64,000 nucleotides of DNA, taken from positions 143,801-207,800 of the forward strand of contig CAZFSM010000003.1 of the NCBI GenBank assembly GCA_964521625.1, written 5' to 3'. Under the pieces are notes generated by a model. It was not told the DNA's origin, searched no databases, and saw only the letters and a program-made list of their open reading frames with translations. Made by a program: the position numbers and the translations under genes. This DNA is from an uncultured Veillonellaceae bacterium. Its GTDB lineage: Bacteria > Bacillota > Negativicutes > UBA1444. Shown here piece after piece: positions 38,401-47,674 of the stretch (positions are counted from its first letter, which is position 1; every line of letters begins with the position of its first letter).

Positions 38401-39477
38401 TTTGTCCGCTAATGCGCGCTTGAGCTGCGCCATCAGGCTTTGGGCAATATCCGCCGGAAAAATCGCATCGATATTTCGGCCACCATATCCCCAGTCCGCC
38501 TTACCTTCCTTTAAAGCCCCCTCACGCACCTCTTGCACAATACCATCGCTGCGAACCGAAAGAATCAGGTCGGGAATCGCCTCAAGAACTGCATGCAACT
38601 CGCCTGTTCTGCGTTGAACAGCCTTTTTCAGGCCAAAACTCCAGACAGCGAGGATAATCAGCAATACAACAACAGCGCCTAGCGCCAGCAACGCCCCTCT
38701 GCCAATTTCGCTTTTTTGCAATGCCTCGCCCAGCCAACGTTTGTCGATTGCAGCGTACTCATCGGCAGAAACCCCGGCAAACCCCGCTTCGATTATCTGC
38801 ATCAAAGCAACACTATCTTTTTTTACGGCACGGTGGAACTGTCCGGTATTGACTGGCGCTGTGACTCTAAATTCATCCTGCAGGCCCAGTTTGTTCAGAT
38901 AATATAGTGCCGGCGGCTTATCCATCAGAAAAACTACGATTTCTCGCCGTTTCGCCGCTTGGATCATCACTTCGTAACTATCGAAAAAAACCAGATCGTG
39001 TATATTGTGGCGAAACAGAAGATTCATCGCGTCATCGCCACTTTTCACGCCTACTTTAAACCCTTTCAAACTATTCATCGTTTCGATTCCGCTAATGTTC
39101 CGGTTAAAAAAAATAGCCACATCCAATGTGGCATAGGGTTGGGAAAAATCATAAATTCTCCGCCGTTCATCGTTGGCAAAAATGGTGTCAATAACGTCAA
39201 AATCGCCATTCTCCATGGCAGTAAGGGCTTTGCCCCAATCCATGGCGGTAAGCTCAATTTTTCGCCCGGTCTTTCGGCTCCACAATTCCCACTGATCTAT
39301 CAAGATTCCCTGCAACTTCCCGTTTTGATCACGGAATGAATATGGGGGATAGTTGTCATCCATGACGACTTTTATCATCACGTCTGGCGACGCAGCCGTT
39401 GCATCAGCGCCCACAACGAACAGGCACAACAATACCAACAACATAACGCCAACCCAGCCCTGCTTCGTCCGGTTCAT
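35488..39477 (-). CDS. hybrid sensor histidine kinase: two periplasmic SBP_bac_3 domains, TM, several PAS domains, HisKA, HATPase, two REC domains
   Basis: 1329 aa. H-box VSHEIRTPMNAILGF. G-box region. Two REC domains (LIVDDEAVN...; DIVLMDLKMPRMDG). Overlaps the downstream HD-GYP regulator by 11 nt. Confidence 0.85.
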   Translation of the reverse strand: MNRTKQGWVGVMLLVLLCLFVVGADATAASPDVMIKVVMDDNYPPYSFRDQNGKLQGILIDQWELWSRKTGRKIELTAMDWGKALTAMENGDFDVIDTIFANDERRRIYDFSQPYATLDVAIFFNRNISGIETMNSLKGFKVGVKSGDDAMNLLFRHNIHDLVFFDSYEVMIQAAKRREIVVFLMDKPPALYYLNKLGLQDEFRVTAPVNTGQFHRAVKKDSVALMQIIEAGFAGVSADEYAAIDKRWLGEALQKSEIGRGALLALGAVVVLLIILAVWSFGLKKAVQRRTGELHAVLEAIPDLILSVRSDGIVQEVREGALKEGKADWGYGGRNIDAIFPADIAQSLMAQLKRALADKTVRIIEYQYQANEESDFYEARIVAGSNQNALVIIRDITSRKHIEAALRDSENLLAEMVHKLQTLLDGSPIPQFVIDQNHNVTHWNKALEELSGVKSESVLAGNRHWHAFYQSERPCMADLLIQKDNAAIEAMYAGKYRKSKLIEDAYEAIDFFPALGQSGRWLYFTATAIKDARGNILGAVETLEDITERKQAEEALVQSELRLKEIIEFFPDATFAVDCAGKITTWNRAMERLTGVKAADMLGKGDYEYALPFYGERRPILIDLAFKTEAELAQKYNNVQLDGELLTAEAEVPVQGGPVRELWGVTRLLYNSDSQVVGAIESIRDITDRRKAKVALEESRNFLDKIIDTIADPIFVKDRQHNWILLNTALCELIGTSRQDLIGKSDYDFFPKAEADVFWEKDELVFVTGQENTNEEKITGADGTIHTIVTKKTLYRGGDGVDFLVGVIRDITDIRQAGELLLQAKDGLEVKVNERTSQLMALNEEMTAMNEELVQAKEAAEAANKAKGAFVANVSHEIRTPMNAILGFSQLLQREAELNGQQYGYLENINNAGRHLLGLINNILEISKMEAGRTVLQPLVFDLHTMLREIDQMFRLRTTEKGLGFSVECIGEVPRMVVADAGRLRQVLINLLSNAVKFTAIGHIALKVAVESESDKKLHLLISVEDTGPGIAEAEQRQLFQPFTQTRRGQESGVGTGLGLAICREYIRMMGGDISLVSQEGKGCVFSFDIWLRTANDDELESLQETRRISGIVKDGRQWKVLIVDDEAVNCELLERILSTLGFFTRSALDGQTGVALFRERQPDIVLMDLKMPRMDGYEAMRQMQAINRQVPVIVVTASVFGDEREKVIAAGAAEFVSKPFQERELLEKIRQLLGLQYEYVAPRPVIRPAYPETIFAGDRSIRLDKIDPALLEMLRKAAAGGEYYRILALLDEMEGSDIEMVNELRKCAKSFDFPALLKLLAGGAQDVK

Positions 39478-39579
39478 CCCTGCACCCTCCCATGTTTGAA
39501 TTGGGGTGTCTTATTTCCGCTTATCTAATATTGTACCATTGGGGAATCGTTTTGGGTAATGACGAAATTGCCAAGCACC

Positions 39580-39622
39580 AAATAAACAACAAAACCAGCC
39601 GGAGTACGACTGGTTTTGTTGT
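39580..39622. terminator. strong hairpin terminator
   Basis: 15-bp perfect stem AAACAACAAAACCAG/CTGGTTTTGTTGTTT. Confidence 0.6.
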
Positions 39623-39644
39623 TTATTCTCAATCGAAAATCGGC

Positions 39645-40826
39645 TTACGGTTTAACAGTGGTCTTATAGACCATTTTGCCGTCTTTCATCTCGATGATTA
39701 CCGCACTCTTTACAGCGTCGTGGTTCTCGTTGAGGGTGGTGGCGCCGGTAACCGCCGGGAAATCTTTGGTGGCGACGAGAGCGGCAGTGATTTTCGCAGA
39801 ATCGGCTGCGCCGGCCCGTTTGATTGCGTCGACCAGGACGTAGGCGGCATCATAGCCGAGAACTGCCATCGCGTCAGGCATTACACCATATTCTTTTTTG
39901 TAGGCATCAACGAATTTTTTCGAGGCCGGGCTGGAATCTTCCGGTGAGTAGTGATTGGTGAAGTAGGTGTTGTTCATGCCGGCAGCGCTGCCGATTTCAA
40001 CCAGTTTGGGCGAATCCCAGCCGTCGCCGCCGACGATCGGCATCATTAGGCCAATTTCACGGGCTTGTTTGGCAATCATGCCGACTTCTTCATAGTAACC
40101 AGGCAAGTAGATGACTTCCGGGCTCATGCCTTTGATCTTGGTCAGGATGGCTTTGAAGTCTTTGTCTTTTTGCAGATATGCTTCTTCGCCGGCAATCGTG
40201 CCGCCGCCTTTGGTATAAGCTTCCTTGAAGAATTTGGCCAGGCCTTTGCTGTAGTCGCTGGAGTTGTCAATCATGACAACCGCTTTTTTCAGTTTCAGGT
40301 CTTTCAGCACGAAATTCGCGCCAACCGTACCTTGGAACGGATCGATGAAACAGACGCGGAAGGTGTAGGGTTTGGCTTTGCCGGTTTTTTCATCAACCGT
40401 AACTTTGGGGTTGGTTGTCGCTGCAGCGACGAAAGGAATCTTGCTGGCTTCGTTAACTGCCGAACCGGCAATGCCGTTGGAGCTGGTGGTGAAACCGACT
40501 ACGGCAACCACTTTGTCCTGGGTGATGACTTTGGTCATCGCATTGGCTGATTCGGAAGGTTCGCCTTTGTTGTCAGCCGTCACGGTGGTGATTTGTTTGC
40601 CGAGCACGCCGCCGGCTGCATTGATTTCTTTGAAGGCCAGTTTGGTTCCGTTATTGGCGGCGGTGCCGAATGAAGCGGTGCCACCGGTCAATTCATAGAC
40701 AACACCGATTTTGATATCCTTGGATTCTGCCGGTTTCGCCGCAGGCGCTCCGCCACCGCAACCGGTCACCGCGAACGCAACAAGAACCAATAAGGCCAAG
40801 GCAAACTTCAGACTACTTTTTTTCAC
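39645..40826 (-). CDS. orphan ABC substrate-binding lipoprotein, Leu/Ile/Val-binding protein family
   Basis: GTG start (VKKSSLKF) with AAGGAGGG RBS. Lipobox VTGCGGG. Confidence 0.7.
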   Translation of the reverse strand: MKKSSLKFALALLVLVAFAVTGCGGGAPAAKPAESKDIKIGVVYELTGGTASFGTAANNGTKLAFKEINAAGGVLGKQITTVTADNKGEPSESANAMTKVITQDKVVAVVGFTTSSNGIAGSAVNEASKIPFVAAATTNPKVTVDEKTGKAKPYTFRVCFIDPFQGTVGANFVLKDLKLKKAVVMIDNSSDYSKGLAKFFKEAYTKGGGTIAGEEAYLQKDKDFKAILTKIKGMSPEVIYLPGYYEEVGMIAKQAREIGLMMPIVGGDGWDSPKLVEIGSAAGMNNTYFTNHYSPEDSSPASKKFVDAYKKEYGVMPDAMAVLGYDAAYVLVDAIKRAGAADSAKITAALVATKDFPAVTGATTLNENHDAVKSAVIIEMKDGKMVYKTTVKP

Positions 40827-40966
40827 AAAAACACCCTCCTTAAATATTATCAACTACAATTTTAATTGTCTGATCCCCTATACTCTGGTTAAGGCCCCCC
40901 TTCACCGTTGGTTGTTGCTGTGTTTGACGAAAACTGCAATTTTGATCCATAATTGAAAAAAGAAGC

Positions 40967-41026
40967 TTTGGGCAAAATACCCGCTGGATATTTTACCAAA
41001 AGCTTCTTTGCTTTTGCTATAATCAC
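40967..41026 (-). terminator. long hairpin terminator after rocA-like gene
   Basis: AAGAAGCTTTGG...CCAAAAGCTTCTT with nested AAAATA/TATTTT, followed by a T-run on the minus strand. Confidence 0.45.
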
Positions 41027-41110
41027 GCAATCATTTGTCTTCCCCAAATGCCCTTGAAGATGATTATAGACCTCAATATGCAATTTTACAAGTGGTTTTT
41101 GATAAAAATG

Positions 41111-42658
41111 TTACATTTTTTCTGCAACAACCTTCGCTTGCATGAATAATAGTAAATAATCGGCGCCACCAGCCTTGGAATCGGTACCCGACATATTGAA
41201 GCCGCCGAAGGGTTGCACGCCGACCAACGCACCGGTGCATTTGCGATTGAGATACAGGTTGCCGACATGGAAATCGCGGCGGGCCTGTTCCAATTTGGCC
41301 CGGTTGCGGGAGTAAACCGCCCCGGTCAGGCCGTACTCGGTGTCGTTGGCGATACGCAGCGCATCGGCAAAATCTTCGGCCTGGGTAATCGCCACCACTG
41401 GGCCAAAAATTTCTTCCTGGGCAATCCGTGATTTCGCCGGTGCGTCGGCAAACACAGTCGGCTCGATGAACCAGCCTTTTTCGCCTGCCGTATTGCCGCC
41501 GGCAACCAATCTGGCTTCGCTTTTACCGATTTCAATATAGTCGAGGATTTTTTTGTAGGCGCTTTCATCAACCACCGGACCCATGTTGACGCCGTATTTG
41601 GCGGCTGGCCCCACGGTCAGCGCTTTGGTTTTCGCCGCCACTTTGGCCACAACTTCATCATAAACACTCTTGACTATAATCGCCCGTGAACAGGCCGAGC
41701 ATTTCTGGCCCTGGAAACCAAACGCCGAGGCGACAATGCCGTTGGCCGCTTCTTCCAAATCGGCTTCCTCATCGACCACGATTGCATCCTTGCCGCCCAT
41801 TTCCGCCACAACCCGCTTGATCCAGATCTGGCCTGGCGCAACATCAGCCGCCAACTTATTGATACGCAGACCGACTTCCTTGGAGCCGGTGAAGTTGATG
41901 AACCGTACCTGCGGGTGCGATACCAGCACATCGCCGATGCTGCCGCCGCTGCCGGGCAGATAGTTGATCACACCGGCCGGCGCACCAGCCGCTTCGAACA
42001 GTTCCATCAATTTAGCCGCAATCACCGGTGTGCTGCTGGCTGGTTTCATGATGACCGTATTGCCTGCCACCACCGCAGCGGCAACCATGCCGGCCAGAAT
42101 CGCCAGCGGGAAATTCCAGGGCGGAATGACGACACCGACGCCGAGCGGGATATAGAAGCACTCGTTCTGTTCGCCGGGCACGGCGATGACAGGCATGCCC
42201 GCCGCATAGCGGAGCATTTCCCGTCCATAGTATTCCATGAAATCGATCGCCTCGGCCGTATCGGCATCGGCTTCGGCCCAGTTCTTGCCGGCTTCCTCGA
42301 CCAGCCAGGCCGAGTATTCGAATTTACGCCGACGCAGAATCGCCGCCGCCTTGAACAGCAGGCGGGCCCGCACTTCCGGCGCTACATGTTTCCAGCTGGA
42401 AAAAGCTTCTTGCGCTGCTTTGACGGCCTGGTCAGCCAGTTCAGCATTGGCCCGGGCCACAGTGCCGATGACTTCCGAGAAGCAGGAGGGGTTCACCGAG
42501 GTGATGCGGGCTTCGGTGTCAATCGCTTTGCCAGCAATCTTCAGCGGATAGTGGCGGCCTTTTTCGGACGCAACCAGTTGCAGCGCCGCCTCCATGGCCG
42601 CTTTGTTCTCGGGGATGCTAAAATTCGTGAACGGTTCGGGTTGATACGCTGTCTGCAT
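41111..42658 (-). CDS. rocA: 1-pyrroline-5-carboxylate (L-glutamate gamma-semialdehyde) dehydrogenase, RocA-type
   Basis: N-terminus [14 protein letters not shown]...KGRHYPL closely resembles B. subtilis RocA. ALDH family. Confidence 0.85.
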   Translation of the reverse strand: MQTAYQPEPFTNFSIPENKAAMEAALQLVASEKGRHYPLKIAGKAIDTEARITSVNPSCFSEVIGTVARANAELADQAVKAAQEAFSSWKHVAPEVRARLLFKAAAILRRRKFEYSAWLVEEAGKNWAEADADTAEAIDFMEYYGREMLRYAAGMPVIAVPGEQNECFYIPLGVGVVIPPWNFPLAILAGMVAAAVVAGNTVIMKPASSTPVIAAKLMELFEAAGAPAGVINYLPGSGGSIGDVLVSHPQVRFINFTGSKEVGLRINKLAADVAPGQIWIKRVVAEMGGKDAIVVDEEADLEEAANGIVASAFGFQGQKCSACSRAIIVKSVYDEVVAKVAAKTKALTVGPAAKYGVNMGPVVDESAYKKILDYIEIGKSEARLVAGGNTAGEKGWFIEPTVFADAPAKSRIAQEEIFGPVVAITQAEDFADALRIANDTEYGLTGAVYSRNRAKLEQARRDFHVGNLYLNRKCTGALVGVQPFGGFNMSGTDSKAGGADYLLLFMQAKVVAEKM

Positions 42659-42689
42659 AATATAAGCCCTCCTCAATATTTCATCTTAA

Positions 42690-43847
42690 CTATACTACCG
42701 ATGGTTCGATAAACAGGTCGCCGCGGGCAAACCGGCCGGCGTCCAGTAATTCAACCGGCAAAGCGGTTTTCAGGCCCAGCAGCTGTTCGGCGACGATCTG
42801 GCCGGTAATCGGCGCGATCATGAAGCCATGGCCGCTGAAGCCTGCCGCCACATGAAAGCCTTCCACGTCACCGGCCGGCCCGAGGATCGGCTGGCGATCC
42901 GGCGACATATCGTACAACCCGGCCCATTGCCGCACTACATTGAGTCCGGCCAGCGGCGGCAGGATCTTGACGATCCGGCGGGCCATCTCACCGAGGAACT
43001 GCCAACTGGACTCGGTGTTGAAGCTCTCCGGTTCATCGGGGTGGCCGATACCCATGATAAAACTGCCATGCGGACTTTGCTGGCAATACAGGTTGTGGTG
43101 GAAACTCATCACCATCGAGTCCTGCATCGGTTCGACCGGTTCGGTCACGAGTATTTCATGCCGCTCGGGATAAATCGGCAGTTCGACGCCAACCATCCGG
43201 CCCAGCTGTTTGGAATAACCACCAGCCGCCACGACTACCCGTGGGGTACTGATAGTACCCCACCGGGTCTTGACCCCGGTGATCCGGCAACATTCCGCCT
43301 CGATTCCGGTCACTTCGTTATCGGTGCGGATCTCCACGCCATGGCGCTGCGCCGCTTTCGCATAGGCGGCCGTCGCCTTGAACGGGTTGCAGTGGCCGTC
43401 TTTGGCGCAGAAGGTCGCGCCGAGCAGCCCGGCCGTGTTCAGATGCGGCACGATCTCTTTCGCTTCGTCCGGCGTCACCCAACGGGACGGAATCCCCAGC
43501 GAATTTTGCAATAGCAGGTTTTTTTTGAACTGGGCCGCCATCTTTTCCGTATAGGCCAGCAACAGATAGCCGCCCTGTTTCAGTTCGATATCGACATCGA
43601 CGTCCAGCAGCTGCGGCAGCTGTTCCAGCATCCGGGTGCTTTCCCGCGACAGCAGGCAATTGGTTTCGGTTCCCCACTGCATCCGCATGCCGGCGCCGCA
43701 GCGTCCGGTGGCCCCACTGGCCAGGTAGCCGCGTTCCAAAAGCACCACTTTGCCTGCGCCGAGCCGGGCCAGGTTATAGGCAGTAGCGCAGCCGACGATT
43801 CCGCCGCCGATTACCACTACATCCGCTGTATCATTCATCCGCGCCAC
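42690..43847 (-). CDS. FAD-dependent oxidoreductase (sarcosine oxidase beta / archaeal-type L-proline dehydrogenase beta subunit-like)
   Basis: VVVIGGGIVGCATAY dinucleotide fold; DAO-family length. Confidence 0.8.
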   Translation of the reverse strand: MARMNDTADVVVIGGGIVGCATAYNLARLGAGKVVLLERGYLASGATGRCGAGMRMQWGTETNCLLSRESTRMLEQLPQLLDVDVDIELKQGGYLLLAYTEKMAAQFKKNLLLQNSLGIPSRWVTPDEAKEIVPHLNTAGLLGATFCAKDGHCNPFKATAAYAKAAQRHGVEIRTDNEVTGIEAECCRITGVKTRWGTISTPRVVVAAGGYSKQLGRMVGVELPIYPERHEILVTEPVEPMQDSMVMSFHHNLYCQQSPHGSFIMGIGHPDEPESFNTESSWQFLGEMARRIVKILPPLAGLNVVRQWAGLYDMSPDRQPILGPAGDVEGFHVAAGFSGHGFMIAPITGQIVAEQLLGLKTALPVELLDAGRFARGDLFIEPSVV

Positions 43848-44118
43848 CTCCGGAGAGCGCCCCCAGGCTGATGGTCGCCACCGGTTGGCGAAACGTCGGC
43901 AGCGCGATTTCAGCCAGCGGTTTGCCTGTGGTTTTGGCCAGTTCCTGCGCCACCAGCGGCATACAAGTCCGGCCCTGGCATGGCCCCATGCCGCAACGGC
44001 AACTGCGTTTGACCTCTTCGGTGCTCAGGTTTCCCTCGCCAATACTCTGGCGAATTTCCGACAATGTTATATCCTCACACCGGCAAATGATGATCTCTTC
44101 GCCGAGATTCTCGCTCAT
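43831..44118 (-). CDS. BFD-like [2Fe-2S]-binding small protein
   Basis: CRCEDIT...CRCGMGPCQGRTC Cys pattern; 95 aa. Confidence 0.6.
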   Translation of the reverse strand: MSENLGEEIIICRCEDITLSEIRQSIGEGNLSTEEVKRSCRCGMGPCQGRTCMPLVAQELAKTTGKPLAEIALPTFRQPVATISLGALSGGGADE

Positions 44119-44609
44119 AGCGCCACTTCCTTTCGCCGCCGGATATTCCGCACATCCATCGCAACCGTTTTATCCACCGCCAGCCACAGCACCGTCGTCC
44201 GGTTGGCCTGCTGCTGCACCCGTTGCACAGTCGCCGCACCAACCGATTTTCCCGCCCGGTCGATCGCCTCGACGACTTCGCCGCTGGCCGGCAACGGGGC
44301 GAATTCATACGGTATTTTTAGCAATGCTGCCTCAGGCGACCAGTCATAGTCGATGACAAAAATCGCCAGGCCTGGGCACCGCGTGACACAGAGTCCGCAG
44401 CCGTTGCATTTTGCTTCGTCAAACACCGGCCGCTCGCTAATGCTTCCCGGCATTGTGATCGCGCCGCGCGGACAGGCTTCGGCGCAGGGATTGCAGGGAA
44501 TCTGCTGAAAACACTCGACAACTGCCACCGGCCCTTGTTTCAGCCGTTCATCCGCCGGCAACACGGCCCGCAAATCTTCGGTCGTTGGAATTCCGTCCAC
44601 TGCCAGCAT
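44115..44609 (-). CDS. 2x[4Fe-4S] ferredoxin-domain protein (PDH1 gamma-like)
   Basis: CNPCAEACP and CNGCGLCVTRCP motifs. Probable start MLAVDG, ATGA-coupled. Confidence 0.6.
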   Translation of the reverse strand: MLAVDGIPTTEDLRAVLPADERLKQGPVAVVECFQQIPCNPCAEACPRGAITMPGSISERPVFDEAKCNGCGLCVTRCPGLAIFVIDYDWSPEAALLKIPYEFAPLPASGEVVEAIDRAGKSVGAATVQRVQQQANRTTVLWLAVDKTVAMDVRNIRRRKEVAL

Positions 44610-44610
44610 C

Positions 44611-45699
44611 TTACCCCACCTCTCCCAGCATGACTTTGCACAGGCCATTGCAGACTTTGGCGCTGACCGGAGCGCTGCGCAGCGCATTCAACTGTGACTT
44701 CGCCTCGTGATAGAGGGCGGCAAAGTTTTCGCTCTGGTAACGCAGGGCAAAGGCCGCTGCCAGTCCCGCCAGTTTCCCTTCGACCATCGCCGCCGATGCC
44801 TCTTCGACGCCGGCCACATCGCCCGCCACATAGATATTGTGATGGGTCGTCAATAAATCGGCATTACGCCAGGGAACATAGCCGCCGAGTTCCGGCACGA
44901 ACTCCATCTTGCAACCGGCCTGCCAGAGCAGCTCGGTCAATGGGCAGAGGCCGACAGCCAGGCACAACCCGTCCACGGCGAAGTCCCCTTCCGTACCGGG
45001 GATCTGCGCCCATTTTTCGTCCAGCTGGCAGACGGTAACGCCGCCCAGCCGGTCAGTGCCATAGGCGCGTTTGATCGTGTGGCCGGTATAGATCGGCACG
45101 CCGCAGCGCTGGATTTTCGATGCATGGACCCAGTAGGCGCCGATTTTGGGCGCCGCCTCGATGATCGCCGCCACTTCGACTCCCGCCTGCAGTAGTTGGT
45201 AGGCGACAATCACGCCGATATTGCCAGCGCCGACCATTAGCACCCGCTCGGCTGGCTTGACACCGTAAACATTCATCAGGGTCTGCACCGCGCCGGCCCC
45301 GTAAATGCCGGGCAGGTCGTTGTTGGGAAACGCCAGCGTCTTTTCCGATGCACCGGTCGCCACAATCAACTTCTTCGGTTTCACCAGACAAAACGAGTCG
45401 CCCTGTTTAACCGACAGCACCCCGTCAGGGTAATAGCCTAGGGCGGTGGCGTTCTTCCATACGGTGACATTGGACAGCGGCGCCAATTGATCCATCAGTT
45501 TATGGGCGATTTCGAAGCCCCGTTCGCCGGCGTATTCTTCGCGCGAACCAAAAAATTTATGCGTCTGTTTGATCAGCTGGCCGCCCAGTTCAGTCCCCCG
45601 TTCCAGCAGCAACACCTGCGCCCCCATTTCGGCCGCCTGGATCGCCGCCATCAGGCCAGCCGGACCAGCACCGATTATGGCGATATCTGTATGCCTCAT
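44611..45699 (-). CDS. FAD/NAD(P)-binding pyridine-nucleotide-disulfide oxidoreductase family protein (PDH1 alpha / HcnB-like)
   Basis: IAIIGAGPAG and VLMVGAGNIG dinucleotide motifs. Confidence 0.8.
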   Translation of the reverse strand: MRHTDIAIIGAGPAGLMAAIQAAEMGAQVLLLERGTELGGQLIKQTHKFFGSREEYAGERGFEIAHKLMDQLAPLSNVTVWKNATALGYYPDGVLSVKQGDSFCLVKPKKLIVATGASEKTLAFPNNDLPGIYGAGAVQTLMNVYGVKPAERVLMVGAGNIGVIVAYQLLQAGVEVAAIIEAAPKIGAYWVHASKIQRCGVPIYTGHTIKRAYGTDRLGGVTVCQLDEKWAQIPGTEGDFAVDGLCLAVGLCPLTELLWQAGCKMEFVPELGGYVPWRNADLLTTHHNIYVAGDVAGVEEASAAMVEGKLAGLAAAFALRYQSENFAALYHEAKSQLNALRSAPVSAKVCNGLCKVMLGEVG

Positions 45700-46001
45700 A
45701 CCAGCTTTCCCTTCCCTTCCTGGGTTTCCACCTGCATGCCGGCGCGCAGGGGTTCGACGCAGACCCGGACATTGGGCACGCCGTCCACTGTCATCAGACA
45801 GGAAGAGCAGTTGCCAATCGCGCAGAACAAACCGCGCGGACGATGAAACCGACTACTGTGACGCAGCGAACGGACTCCCGCCGCATGCAGCGCCGCCGCA
45901 ATCGGTTCGCCAGCCAGTCCTTCCACCGCTTTCCCATCAAAAATAAACTGTACTGTTTCCCGTACAGGAAACTCCAGAATCGGATGATTCTCGACACGCA
46001 C
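45696..46001 (-). CDS. [2Fe-2S] ferredoxin-like small subunit (HcnA / sarcosine oxidase alpha N-terminal domain-like)
   Basis: CAIGNCSSC...C Cys pattern. GTG start with GGAGGTG RBS. Confidence 0.65.
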   Translation of the reverse strand: MRVENHPILEFPVRETVQFIFDGKAVEGLAGEPIAAALHAAGVRSLRHSSRFHRPRGLFCAIGNCSSCLMTVDGVPNVRVCVEPLRAGMQVETQEGKGKLV

Positions 46002-46026
46002 TGATCAGTCACCTCCGTTTGACCCT

Positions 46027-46043
46027 TGATTATGAAAAGGTAT
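46027..46043 (-). promoter_or_regulatory. sigma-54 -24/-12 promoter (minus strand reads TGGCACGGTTCGTGCAA)
   Basis: GG and GC with correct 10-bp spacing. One mismatch to TTGCW. Located 26 nt upstream of the first gene of the oxidoreductase operon. Confidence 0.55.
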
Positions 46044-46055
46044 ATATTGCACGAA

Positions 46056-46105
46056 CCGTGCCAACCGGATAAAAAAATCGGCAATGCCCTATAGCACAGC
46101 CGATT
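46056..46105. promoter_or_regulatory. inverted repeat AATCGGC-N16-GCCGATT plus direct CCGATTG repeat; candidate regulator site
   Basis: Seen in sequence immediately upstream of the sigma-54 promoter. Close spacing is atypical for an enhancer. Confidence 0.25.
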
Positions 46106-46174
46106 GCGAGATTTCACCCGATTGGTTTTGTTGTTTAGGAATACCCCCCTGCCTCAAAAGCCCCGGCAAAACTG

Positions 46175-47674
46175 TCAGTTTTTCGTCATTTTTGTCGATT
46201 CTCCGACAGTCAATTGCAAACTTTTCATTTTATAATACAGCGTACTGCGAGGAATCCCCAGTTTTTTTGCGGCCAACACCTTATTGAAATTGACTTCCGC
46301 CAATACCCGGACAATCAGGTCCCTTTCGACAGCCTCGGTCGTGTCAGTGAGCGTCTGCCCTGCCACTGGTCGTCGTTGCACGTCGCCGTGCAGTGCGGCG
46401 GCGGATTCCGCGGCGAGATTGGCCGGCAGATTGGCCAGTGTCATTATTTCGCCGTCACATAGGATCACCATGCGTTCCAGTGCATTATACAGTTCGCGCA
46501 CATTACCCGGCCACTCATAGTCGAGCAAGGCCGCCATCACCGCCGGTTCCAGCCGGCGGATCTGCTTGCCGTGCAACTGGCTGAAATGTTGAATTCCCCG
46601 GTGAACCAGCTCCGGAATGTCATCGCGACGTTCCCGCAGCGACGGCAAGGGAATCGTTACCACATTCAAACGGTAATACAAGTCTTCGCGGAACTCCCCC
46701 CGCGCGATCATCGTCTCCAGGTCGCGGTGCGTTGCCGCAATCACCCGGATATCGACGTGGACCGGTTTGCCACCGACCCGGTTAAACCGTTGTTCCTGCA
46801 GGACCCGCAGCAGTTTCACCTGCATTTCTTTCGGCATCTCGCCGATTTCATCGAGAAACAACGTGCCTGTATGCGCCTGTTCCAGATAGCCGGATTTCCC
46901 TTTTTTGTCGGCCCCGGTGAACGAACCCGCCTCGTAGCCAAACAGTTCGCTTTCGAACAAATTGACCGGAATGGCGCCACAATTAATCGCCACGAACTGT
47001 CCCGGCCTATGGCTGGCCTGATGGATGGCGCGCGCAAACAACTCTTTGCCGCTGCCGCTCTCGCCACGCAGCATGACCGAAACATTGGCGGCAGCAACGC
47101 GACGGGCCACACGAACCGCTTCCATTACCAACGGACTATGCCCGTAAATCGGCGAGAATTCGTCCGCCGTGGCCTGCATCTTGTCAATTTCCTGGCGCAA
47201 ACTCCGCACCTCATTGCCGGCTTCCGACAGTTGCTGGTTCAGGTTGACCACTTCGGTGATGTCCCGCTCGGCGGAAACGCCGCCGACAATCTTGCCGTCC
47301 AGACGTACCGGCTGGGCATTGATCAAGACATGAGTGCCGGGGCAGGGTTTATGATACGCTTCGCGAACTAGCAGTCCGTCGTGCATCGCCTGCGTAACCA
47401 TCAGGTTGGAAAAAAACTTGCCAATCGGCTGCCCGATAATTTCAGCCTCTGCAATCCCGTATAACAGTTCGGCTCTGCGATTCCAGCCGACCACCCGATT
47501 TTCGGCATCAATCACACAGACGGCTTCCTCCAGCACATCGAGTAGCTCGTTCCAGCGAGCCGCCTGCAGCAAATTCTCCAGCAGCAGCTCCTGAAAAAGC
47601 TGTTTCAATTCCTCAGGCGAACTGGTTTCTATTCTATCCTGCAACAATTCCCCGGCCTGCTTCCCCATCCTCAA
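46175..47674 (-). CDS. sigma-54-dependent transcriptional activator with N-terminal PAS domain (RocR-like)
   Basis: GESGSGKE Walker A. GAFTGA-like ESELFGYEAGSFTGA. C-terminal Fis HTH. 499 aa. Confidence 0.85.
   Translation of the reverse strand: MRMGKQAGELLQDRIETSSPEELKQLFQELLLENLLQAARWNELLDVLEEAVCVIDAENRVVGWNRRAELLYGIAEAEIIGQPIGKFFSNLMVTQAMHDGLLVREAYHKPCPGTHVLINAQPVRLDGKIVGGVSAERDITEVVNLNQQLSEAGNEVRSLRQEIDKMQATADEFSPIYGHSPLVMEAVRVARRVAAANVSVMLRGESGSGKELFARAIHQASHRPGQFVAINCGAIPVNLFESELFGYEAGSFTGADKKGKSGYLEQAHTGTLFLDEIGEMPKEMQVKLLRVLQEQRFNRVGGKPVHVDIRVIAATHRDLETMIARGEFREDLYYRLNVVTIPLPSLRERRDDIPELVHRGIQHFSQLHGKQIRRLEPAVMAALLDYEWPGNVRELYNALERMVILCDGEIMTLANLPANLAAESAAALHGDVQRRPVAGQTLTDTTEAVERDLIVRVLAEVNFNKVLAAKKLGIPRSTLYYKMKSLQLTVGESTKMTKN

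Noticed and set aside
46120-46174. Possible terminator for the RocR-like gene (AAAACTG-T-CAGTTTT)
   Set aside because: A 7-bp all-A/T stem with no T-run in the minus orientation. Too weak to call.
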